Origin: Lama glama
Taxonomy: Eukaryota
Assembly: GCA_028534125.1 (NCBI GenBank)
Contig: CM052816.1
Span: forward strand, 33,916,001 to 33,980,000
Direction of reading: 5' to 3'
DNA: 64,000 nucleotides
Shown here piece after piece: positions 53,695 to 64,000 of the stretch. The notes beneath the pieces were generated by a model. That model searched no databases, was not told where the DNA came from, and worked only from the letters and a program-made list of their open reading frames with translations. A program made the translations under genes and the position numbers. Position 1 is the stretch's first letter. Each line of letters starts with the position of its first letter.

Positions 53695-54319
53695 TTTTTT
53701 TAACATTTTTTTATTGATTTATAATCATTTTACAATGTTGTATCAAATTCCAGTGTAGTGCACAATTTTTCAGTTATACGTGAACATATATATATTCATT
53801 GTCACCTTTTTTGCTCCATGAGCTACCATAAGATCTTGTATATATTTCCCTGTGCTATACAGTATACTCTTGTTTATCTATTCTACAATTTTGAAATCCC
53901 AGTCTATCCTTTCCCACCCTCTGCCCCCTTGGCAACCACAAGTTTGTATTCTATGTCTATGAGTCTATTTCTGTTTTGTATTTATGCTTTGTGTTTTGTT
54001 TTGTTTTTTTTTTTAGATTCCACAAATGAACAATCTCATATGGTATTTTTCTTTCTCTTTCTGGCTTACTTCACTTAGAATGACATTCTCCAGGAGCATC
54101 CATGTTGCTGCAAATGGCATGTTGTCAGTTTTTATGGTTGAGTAGTATTCCATTGTATAAATATACCACCTCTTCTTTATCCAGTCATCCATTAATGGAT
54201 ATTTAGGCTGTCTCCATGTCTTGGCTATTGTAAATAGTGCTGCTATGAACATTGGGGTGCAGGTGTCATCCTGAAGTAGGGTTCCTTCTGGATATATGCC
54301 CAGGAGTGGGATTCCTGGG
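53695..54319 (-). mobile_element. Young 5'-truncated L1 nested in older L1, 15-bp TSD
   Basis: TSD ttctgcccacttttt (53680-53694) / ttctgtccacttttt (54320-54334). Encodes the ORF2 C-terminus PGIPLLGIYP...CTPMFIAALFTIAKTW...EKYHM. Confidence 0.92.
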
Positions 54320-55239
54320 TTCTGTCCACTTTTTAATTGCATTGTTTGTTTTTTGATATTGACTTGTATGAGCTCTTCATATATTTTAGATATTAACCCC
54401 TTAGCAGAAATACTATTTGCAAATATCCTCTCCCATTCTGTAGTTTGTCTTTTCATTTTGTTGATGGTTTTCTTCACTGGGCAAAGCATTTAAGTTTAAT
54501 TAGCTCCATTTGTTTATTTTTGCTTTTGTTTCTCTTGCTTGAGGAGACAGGTCAAAAAAATTATTGCTAAGACTTACATCAAAGACTGTACTGCCTATGT
54601 TTTCTTCTAGGAGTTTTATGGTTCCCAGTCTTGCATTTTACATTTTTAGTCCATTTTGACTAAAGTCCATATTTTGTATATGGTATAAGAAAATGTTCTA
54701 ATTTCATTCTTCTACATGTACCTGTCCAGTTTTCTGAACACCTCTTCTTGAGGAGGCTGTCTTTTCTCCACTGTATATTTTTTGATGCTTTTGCTATAGA
54801 CTGATTAACCATATGTGCATGGGTTTCTTTCTGGACTCTCTATTCTTTTCCAAGGATCTACATATCTGGTTTTTTTTTTTTTGGCCAGTACCACATTGTT
54901 TGATTACTGTGGCTTTGTAGTCTAAAGTCTAAAGTCTAAAGTCAGGGAGCATGATACCTTCAGCTTCGTTCTTTTTTCCTAAGATTTCTTTGACTCTTTG
55001 GGATCTTTAGGGGTTCTGTACAAATTTTACAATTACTTGTTCTAGTTTTATGAAAAATATCATTGGTATTTTGAGAGGTATTTCATTAAATCTGTAGATT
55101 GTTTTGGGTAGTATGGAAATTTTAACAATATTAATTCCTCTAATCCATGAACACAGGATATCTTTCCATGTATTTGTATCATCTTCAGTTTCCCTTATTA
55201 ATGTCTTATAGTTTTCAGAGTATAGATCTTTCACCTCCT

Positions 55240-55458
55240 ATACACTACTATATCCAAAATAGATAAACAACAAGGACATACTGTATAGCACAGGAAACTA
55301 TATTCAATTCTTGTAATAAGCTATAATGGAAAAGAATCTGAACATACATGTATACATATGTATGTATATGTATAACTGAAATGCTTTGCTGTACACCTGA
55401 AACTAGCATTGTAAATCAACTACACTTCAATAAAAATAAAATTTTAAATGATAAAAAA
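55240..55458 (+). mobile_element. Short L1 3' end inserted in opposite orientation inside the host L1
   Basis: aaatagataaacaacaaggacatactgtatagcacaggaaactatattcaa...gctgtacacctgaaact...gtaaatcaactacacttcaataaaaataaa. Confidence 0.88.
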
Positions 55459-58400
55459 GTTTATTCCTGGATATTTTATTCTTTTTGATGTAATTTTAAA
55501 TGGGATTGTTTTCTTGCTTTCTCTTTCTGATAGTTCATTATTAGTTTATAGAAAAGCAACATATTTCTGTATATTAATCTTGTAGCCTGCAACTTTAATT
55601 AATTCATTTATTCTAATTTTTTTTTCTTTGCTGGAGTCTTTAGGGTTTTCTATATATAGTATTGTGTCATCTGCAAATAGTAACAGATTTACATTTTCTC
55701 TTCCAATTTGAGCTGTCTTTTCACTTCTTCTTGTCTAATTGTAGTAGATAGGACTTCCATTACTGTGTTAAATAGAAATGGTGAAAGAGCTTAAACTGCT
55801 TAAGCTTCACTTAAATTGCTTTCGCTCTGTCCCATAGATTTTGTAAAATTTTCATTTTAATTTGTCTTATTTCTGATTTACTCTTTGATTTCTTTGTTGA
55901 CCCGGTGTTTTTTTTTTTTTTTTTAAAGTAGCATGCTGCTTAGTTTCCACGTGTTTGTGGTTATCCCATTTTCTTCCTGTAATTGATACATAGTTTCACA
56001 TGGTTGTTGTCAGAAAAGATACTTGATGTAATTTCTGTCCTCTAAATTTTGTTGAGATTTGTTTTATGGCCAAGTATGTGATCTCTCCTGGAGAACTTTC
56101 CATGTACACTTGAATCCAGTATGTATTCTGCTCTTTTTGATTGGGACGTCCTGTAGATATCTGTTAAGTTCAACTGGTCTAATGTGTCAGTTAACACCAC
56201 TCCTTTTTTTTTTTTTAATTGATTTTCTTTCTGGATGATCTGTCCATTGACATAAGTGGGGAGTTAAAATCTATTACTGTGTAATAGTCAGTTTCTGTTT
56301 ATATATGTTAATATTTGCTTTATAGTTTAGGTGCTCCTACATTAGGTACATATATGTTTACAAATGTTAATATCTTCTTGCACTGATTCCTTTATCATTA
56401 TATAATACCCCTTTTGTCTTTTATTATAGGCTTTGACTTTAAAGTTTACTGTATCTGATATGAGTATTGCTACCCTAGCTTTCTTTTCAGTTCTGTTTGC
56501 ATAGAATATATTTTTAATCACCTCATTTCAGTCTGTGTGTGCCTTTAGCTCTATGGTGAGCCTTGTAGGCTGCATGTAGATAGGTCTTTTTTTTTTTTAA
56601 TACAGTCAGCCATCCTATGTTTTATGATTACAACGTTTATTTAGTCTACTGACATTTGAAGTGGTGATTGATAGTTACGTACTAACTACCATTTTGTTAC
56701 TTGTTTTCTGGTTGTTCTCTCTCCTTTTTTTAAAGAAAATCTCAATTTGTGCCTTTTTCAGGAAGATTTTTTTATTGTACTATTCATCTCACCCTCCTTG
56801 TTTGTTTATTTGGTGGTCACACATTCTTTTATTCATTAACCCTAATGTTACAAAATGAATCTCTTATTATTGAATTCTAATACAGAGGTTTTATATTTTC
56901 TGGGACATAAAGTGGTCTTACGATATTTTAACTCCTTTTATTTCTCTTTATTTATGCAATTTTCCTGTTGAGCACTTTAATTGTGTGTGTTTATCTGAAT
57001 GTATTTGTGTGTGTGTGTGTGTCTGTGTGTTTACAGATAACAATATTGTTTTATTCACTCAATATTCTTTAGATTTACTGACATATTACTTGTTCTTATC
57101 CTTACTCTTCCTTTTTGAATCACTGACCAGTTCCATACAGGATTATTTTTCTTCTCCTCTAAGAAAATTCTTCCATATTCTTTTCATGAGCATCAGCTGG
57201 TGGTTAATTCTGTCAGTTTTCACTGACAGAAGGTTTTTATTCAGTTTGAAAGATAGTTTTGTTGGCCAAGAATTCTATATTGTTATAGATATGACAAAGT
57301 TAGGTGTTTAGTCAATTGCTCTGTTTATTCTTGTCCTGGCTTATGTTTTTCCTTGCATCATTTATATGACTTTGGTCTAAGGTTTTTTTTTTTTTCCTAA
57401 TTTATTATTAGTTAACATTTTTAATGTGAAGTTACATATTAACATGTCTGTATTAGGTTCAGGAAAAATAACATCTAAACTAACTCTTTTAATTCTCCAC
57501 AGCTAGTTATTCAAAAGACCAAAGTGATTATACATCTGTGCAGTTTTCAGTTTTTCTCTGTCATGCCTGTGCTTATAGCTCTGTTCTTCTGTTATTCCTG
57601 TGTGATCTTCTAACTTTCGTAAATTCTGCAGCTGAAACTAGCTGTTATGCCTAATATCTCTGCAGAAAATGATACTCATATTTATTTCAGATTTTAGAAG
57701 CTGCCTTCTTTAGCACCTTAATAATAGTACTATAGAATAAATTAAACAACTAAGTCACATATATGAGTAAGACCAAGCAAGATAATTTCAAAAGAATGAG
57801 CACATTTGGTCTACGGGTGTAATGTGTTAGAGACAATATTTTGAATTTATTAAAATTGTACTTTCTTGTCTGGCATAGTCTGAGCACTTTCTATATAATT
57901 TATGTTTACAAATATGTTAAATTTTACAGTAAGACATGAGCATAATAAAATCAAGGCTTTCTTTCCTTTTTTTTTTTTTTTTGGCCATATCATAACAACA
58001 TTTATTTACAGTATTAAAATTACAAAGTTTAGTTATTTATTCTTAAACATCCTAGTTTTCCTTAATAACTTACAAATTCCCACATTCCATTGAACCACAT
58101 ATATTATTGGCCTGTAATACCTCTTTGGGGAACAAGTTCTATGGTATAAAATAGAAGTTTTCTTTTACAAGTGGTAAAAAAATCTCAGTCTTTATATGCT
58201 GCCTCACTGCTTAATGTGTATAGAGAACATCTCAAAAAAATCTATACACTGAAGACATGCCTGAGATACTTTGATCTGAAATAAAAATATGTATTCCACT
58301 CTTATTTCAATTAATGAAAATGAATATGATTATAACAAACTTTGTTATCCTTTTCTTCCTAACACCATGCTTCCAAAACCTCTCCTCATAAAAGGAAAAT

Positions 58401-59424
58401 CATCACATTACCTACACAGAGTGAACTATAGCCTTAACTATAAGCTACTGTACATTAAAAAGAGTAAGAAGGATTTATTTCATAAGGATTGACTATACTT
58501 GTATATTTATGGAGGTAAGAGAGATTTTCTCTTTTTATACTTAAATATGCAATTCATATGATAAACAATTGAATTTAATAAACTAATTTTTATACTTCAA
58601 TTTATCTACATCACTGGTAAATCTTTTACTAACTGTATTATGTACTCTTGTGTCTTGTATGTTTTTTAAATCAATAATAACACTCTATAATTCTTTTTAT
58701 ATCTGTTCATGAAATGTCATGCTCAATGGGGGTTAGACAAGAGGTGAGATATTTAATAGCATATTTGAAATGAAAAACATTTCTAAATAGATCCCTAAAC
58801 ATGAGCCCTTCATCTGACAAATTCAATATAAACCCAACTGTTGCCTGAGTATTTGGGAAAGAAATCAAGAACTGTCATATACTCACAGTGGCATAGTAAA
58901 CAAATGTTAATTGATGTGCTTTGTTTGAAATACTTCCAGGGAGACTTGCAATGAGCAAGGCTCTTCTGTATAGGCAATTCAGCAGCATATGTTGGCACAT
59001 CTAGGAAAAGTCATCATGTATAAATGCTTTCTGCCATCTGGTATATGACCTAAAATATCAAAAGGAAATATGTACAGCTAAAATGAATATGTGACTTTAT
59101 TCAGAGCACCTTTGACTCACTAGGTAAAGCACTTGGTGGTTAACATTTCATGGTAAGATCTGTAAAATAAAATTTGTTTTAATTCTTAATGCCATTTCCA
59201 TACTTTTAATGTACTCTATAAAGCAGCAAAAGAGAACAAACAACATTATTGGTCCCTATTCTCTCAGTCTCTTTCTCTCCTCCTCTACATATGGCTCTTC
59301 TTTTGACATAAATAGAAATCCTTGAATGTGGAAAGGGAGATATATTTTTGGAAGAGTATGGTTTCTTTAAATATTTATCAGTAGAATTCCAATATAAAAG
59401 ATATATTATTTTAAGAAAATAAAA

Positions 59425-59630
59425 ATATTTGTAGAGTTTTTACAATGTACCCATCACTGTGCTAAGTATCTTACATATATTGACCATATAAGCCCCTAAC
59501 TCTCCTCCACCATCATCATTCACATAGATGGGGGATCTGAGTCTAAACAAGATTAAAATAAGTTGCTGGTGGTGGATGGACCTATGAGTGAACTTCTTCC
59601 AAAGACTCTGCCATTTCCATGTCATCCTGT
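59425..59630 (-). mobile_element. MIR SINE
   Basis: cactgtgctaagtatcttacatat...catttcacatagatggggga-like core, tctgagtct...ttccaaagactctg. Confidence 0.6.
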
Positions 59631-59654
59631 TACCAAAATTAAATACAAACAAGG

Positions 59655-59895
59655 AACTAACTTGCATTGAAGAATGTTTGTGTAATAAGCATTATGCTAG
59701 AAAATATATTCAATTTTTGTGTTTAATTTTTACAGTAACCTGGAGAGTATTATTATCAACTCATTTTAGGAATAAAGAAACATGCCCAGAGAGAATGAGT
59801 AACTTGTACAAAAACACACAATAAGGTGGGAAAATGAATATTCCCATCTAGTCCTTTTTTAAATCTACTACATCAGTCCTTCTTAAACTGTAACA
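59655..59895 (-). mobile_element. MIR SINE
   Basis: tattattatcaactcattttaggaataaagaaac...cagagagaatgagtaacttgtacaaaaacacaca. Confidence 0.7.
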
Positions 59896-60046
59896 CATAT
59901 ATACAGGATTAGGACCTGAAATTCTCTAGGACATGCTCTCAGGAAATGACAATAACAATGGTATAAAGACTATTATTTTAGTAGCAAGGAGTTAATGCTG
60001 TCCTTCTTTGTGGGATTTATATCTCCTTTAGGAAAAAATCATTTTT

Positions 60047-63000
60047 GTATATATATGTTTTTACTGAAGTACAGTCAGTTTACAATGTTGTGTGAATTTC
60101 TGCTGTACAGTTTAATGCTTCAGTCATACATGAAGATACATATATTCATTTTCATATTATTTTTCACCGTAAGTTACTACAAGATATTGAATATAGTTCC
60201 CTGTGCTATACCATATAAGCTTGTTTATCTATTTTACATATATATATGTATTTGTTACTGTCTGCAAATTCAAACTCCCAATTTATCCCTTCCTACCCCC
60301 TTTACCCCTGGTAACCATAAGTTTGTTTCCTATGTCTGTGAGTCTGTTTCTGTTATGTAAATAAGATCATTTTGCCTTTTTTTTTTTTTTAAGATTCCAC
60401 ATGTGATATCATATGGTATTTTTCTTTCTCTTTCTGGCTTACTTCATTTAGAATGGCATTCTCCAGGTCCATCCACGTTGCTGCAAATGGCGTTATTTTA
60501 TTATTTTTATGGCTGAGTAGTATTCCATTGTATAAATATACTACAGCTTCTTTATCCAGCCATCTGTTGATGGACATTTAGATTGTTTCCATGTCTTGGC
60601 TATTATAAATAGTGCTGCTATGAACACTGGGGTGCATGTATCTTCTTGAATTAAGGTTCCCTCTGGATGTATACCCAGTAGTGGGATTACTGGATCATAT
60701 GATATGTCTATTTTTAGTCTTTTGAGGAATCTCTGTATTGTTTTCCATAATGGCTACACCAAACTACATTCCCATCAGCATTGTAGGAGAGTTCCCTTTT
60801 CTCCACACTCTCCAGCATTTATCATTTGTGAAGTTTTGAATGATGGCCATTCTGACTGGTATGAAGTGATACCTCATTGTAGTTTTGATTTGCATTTCTC
60901 TGATAATTAGTGATACTGAACATTTTTTCATGTGCCTGTTGCCCATTTGCATGTCTTCATTGGAGAGTTACAGGTTGAGATCTTCTGCCCATTTTTGGAT
61001 TGGATTGTTTGTTTTTTTCTTACTAAGTTGTATGAGGTGTTTATATATTCTGGAAATTAAGCCCTTGTCAGTCTCTTCTTTTGCAAGTATTTTCTCCGAT
61101 TCCATAGGTTGCTATTTTGTTTTGTTTATGATTTCCATTGTTGTGCAAAAGCTTATAAGTTTAATTAGATCCCATTTGTTTATTTTTGCTTTTATATCTA
61201 TTGCCTGGGTAGACTGCCCTAGGAGGACTATTGCTGAGATTTATGTCAGATAATGTTTTGCCTATGTTTTCTTTTAAGAGATTTATAGTCTGATATTTAA
61301 GTCTTTAAGCCATTTTGAGTTTATTTTTCTGTATGGTGTGATGGAGTATTCTAAATTAATTGATTTACATGCAGCTGTCCAGTTTACCCAACACCATTTG
61401 CTGAAGAGACTGTCTTTACTCCATTGTATGTTCTTGCCTCCTTCGTCAAAGATTAATTGACCAAAAATTTGTGGGTTTATTTCTGGGCTGTCTGCTCTGT
61501 TTCATTGATTCATATGTATGTTTTATTACCAACAACATGCTGTTTTGATTACTGTAGCTCTGTAGTATTGTCTGAAGTCTGGGAGGGTTATTCCTACAGC
61601 TTCATTCTTTTTCTTCAATATTACTTTGGCAATTCTGGGTCTTTGTTTTTCCATATAAATTTTAGGATTATTTGTTCTAGTTCTGTGAAAAATATCCTGG
61701 GCAATTTGATATGGATCGCGTTAAATCTGTAGATTACCTTGGGCAGTATGGCCATTTCAATGATACTGATTCTTCCAGTCCAAGAACATGAGATATCTTT
61801 TCATTTCCTTAAGTCATTTTTAATTTCCTTGGTCATTGTTTTGTAGTTTTCCATGTAAAAGGCTATCACTTCCTTGGTCAGATTTATTCCTAAGTATTTT
61901 ATTGCATTGGATGCAATTTCTAAAAGAATTGTTTCTTTCCTTTCCTTTCTGATATTTCATTGTTAGTGTAAAGAAACGTATCTGATTTCTGTATGTTAAT
62001 CTTATATCCTGCTATCTTGCCGAATTATTTTATCAGCTCTAGTAGTTTTTGTGTGGAGCCTTTGGGGTTTTCTATATATGTTATCATGACATTCACATAT
62101 AATGACAGTTTTACCTCTTCTCTGCCAATTTGTTTCTCTTTTATTTCTTTTTCTCATTTAATTTCTATGCTTAGGACTTCCGATATTATATTAAATAGAA
62201 GTGGTGAGAGTGGGCATCTTTGTCTTGTTCCAGATTTTAGCAGAAAGGCTTTCAACTTTTCACTGTTGAGTATTATGGCTGTAGGTTTGTCATAAATAGC
62301 TTTTATTATGTAGAGGTATGTTCCCTCTATATCCACTTTGTTTAGAGTTTTTATCATAAATAGGTGTTGAATTTTATCAAATGCTTTTTCTACATCTATT
62401 GATTGATATGATCATGTGACATTTGTCCTTTCTCTTGTTTATGTGGTGTATCACATTGATTGTTTTGTGTATGTTGAACCATCCTTGTGTCCCTGGAATG
62501 AACCCAACTTGATCATGGTGTATGATATTTTTTATGTGTTGTTGGATTTTGTTTGCTATGTTCATCAACAATATTGGCCTGTATTTTTCTTTTCTGGTAG
62601 TATTTTTTTTTTGCTTTGGTATCAGGGTGGTGGTGGCTTCATAGAATGAATTTGGGAGTATTCCCTTCTCTTCATTCTTTTGGAAGAGTTTGAGAAGGAT
62701 CAGTAGAGCTCTTTGTGTATTTGATAGAATTCTCTAGTGAAGCCATGTGGTCCTGGACTTTTGTTTGCAAGGAGGTTTTTTAATTGCTGATTCTATTTCA
62801 CTTCTAGTGATTGGTCTGTTCAAATCATCTGTTTCTTCAGTTTTGGTGAACTGTATGTTCTAGAAGCTTGTCCATTTATTCCATGTTGTCCAATTTCTTG
62901 CCATACAGTTCATAATGTTCTCTTATGATTTTTTTGTATTCCTGTGGTGTTGATTGTAATTTCTACATTTTCCTTTCTATTTTGTTTATTTTTGTCCTCT

Positions 63001-63932
63001 CTTTTCTTGGTGAGCCTGGCCAGAGGTCTGTCAATTTTGTTTACTCTTTCAAATAACCAGGTTCTGGTTTAATTGATTTTTTCTATTTTTTTTAATCTCT
63101 ATTTTATTTATTTCCTCCCTGATCTTCATTATTTCTTTCCTTCTGCTGATGTTAGGTTTTGTTTTTCTTTTTCTACTTCTTTTAGGTGGTAGGTTAGGTT
63201 GTTTATTTGAGCTTGTTCCTGTTTTTTGAGTAAGGCCTATATTGGCATGAACTTCCTTCTTAGCACTGTGTTTGCTGCATCCCATAGATTTTGTGTGGTT
63301 GTGTTTTCATTTTCATTTGTCTCAAGGTATTTTTTAATTTCTTCTTTGATTTCATCATTGACCCACTGGTTTTTTAGTAGCATGCTGTTTTATCTCCATG
63401 CTGTCATTTTTTTTTCTCATTTGTTTTCCTGTGGTTGATTTTCAGTTTCATGTCATTTGTGGTCAGAGAAGATACTTGAAATAATTTCTGTCATCTTAAA
63501 TTTGTTGAGGCTTCTTTTGTGCCCAAGTATGTGGTCTATCCTAGATAATGTTCCATGCGCACTTGAAAAGAATGTATATTCTGTTTTGGAGGGATGTAAT
63601 GTCCTAAAAATATCAACCAAGCCCAACTGTTCTATTGTGTCATTTAGTATATCCATTGTCTTACTGGTTTTCTGTCTGGAAGACCCGTCCAATGATGTTA
63701 GTAGGGTGTGAAAGTCTCCTACTATTATCATATTCATATCAGTTTCTCCTTTTATGTCTGTTAGCATTTGTTTTGTATATTTAGGTGCTCCTGTATTGGA
63801 TGCATATATGTTAATGAATATAATATCGTCATCTTGTATTGCTCCTTTGATCATTATATAGTGTCTTTTATCTTTCTTTATGGCTTTGTTTTAAAGCCCA
63901 TTTTGTCTGTTATGAGTATTGCTGCTCCTGCT
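60047..63932 (-). mobile_element. 5'-truncated L1 covering most of ORF2 (endonuclease, RT, C-terminal) and 3'UTR; frameshifted
   Basis: ORFs 63453..63854 (endonuclease: IINIYAP-like, IIVGDF, YTFFSSAHGTLSRIDHILGHK, SDH), 62377..62571 ([12 protein letters not shown]), 62154..62357 ([15 protein letters not shown]), 60764..60952 and 60389..60577. Confidence 0.97.
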
Positions 63933-64000
63933 TTGGAAGTAATCTTTTGAGACCACCACTGAATCATTTATATTTAAATTTTGAAGTTTGAAGAAAAAAA

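Larger units (their letters stand above)
52741..56720 (-). mobile_element. L1 (3'UTR to ORF2 5' end) with two nested L1 insertions and a ~1-kb internal deletion
   Basis: 3' end ttttttattgaagtgtagttgac. ORF2 remnants in ORFs 54013..54489 (partly) and 55007..55234 (KDLYSENYKTL...WIRGINIVKISILPKTIYRFN). Endonuclease-region remnant at 55900-56480. Confidence 0.9.

Noticed and set aside
54919..54943. (agtctaa)3.5 tandem repeat
   Set aside because: Local slippage inside a dead L1; no functional implication.
60027..63949. Possible TSD for the terminal L1 (tttaggaaaaaatcattttt / tttggaagtaatctttt)
   Set aside because: Too many mismatches and indels to call confidently.

Overview
AT-rich, repeat-dense mammalian genomic DNA, probably camelid (two tRNA-Ala-like SINEs of the vic-1 type). 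The window lies inside TMEM232 (+ strand). Six internal coding exons (501-600, 2839-3005, 8683-8837, 21586-21709, 22669-22915, 47911-48089) have AG/GT boundaries and compatible phases, and join into 972 nt / 324 codons with no stop. The gene starts upstream and continues downstream of the window. The introns hold many L1s (mostly antisense to the gene), L2, MIR, LTR and hAT remnants. The ORF track does not reveal an old, near full-length, intronless HSPA8/HSC70 retrocopy lying antisense in the 25-kb intron (~24158-26270). Other notable items are a TSD-bounded 3.2-kb L1 derivative with 5'UTR+ORF1 but no ORF2 (half-L1-like), a probable L1 3' transduction and a tail-less L1 fragment between 19-bp direct repeats. 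Gene and repeat identities come from recalled sequences and by-eye alignment, not database searches. Repeat boundaries are approximate unless a TSD is given. I found no convincing wholly new multi-gene system.
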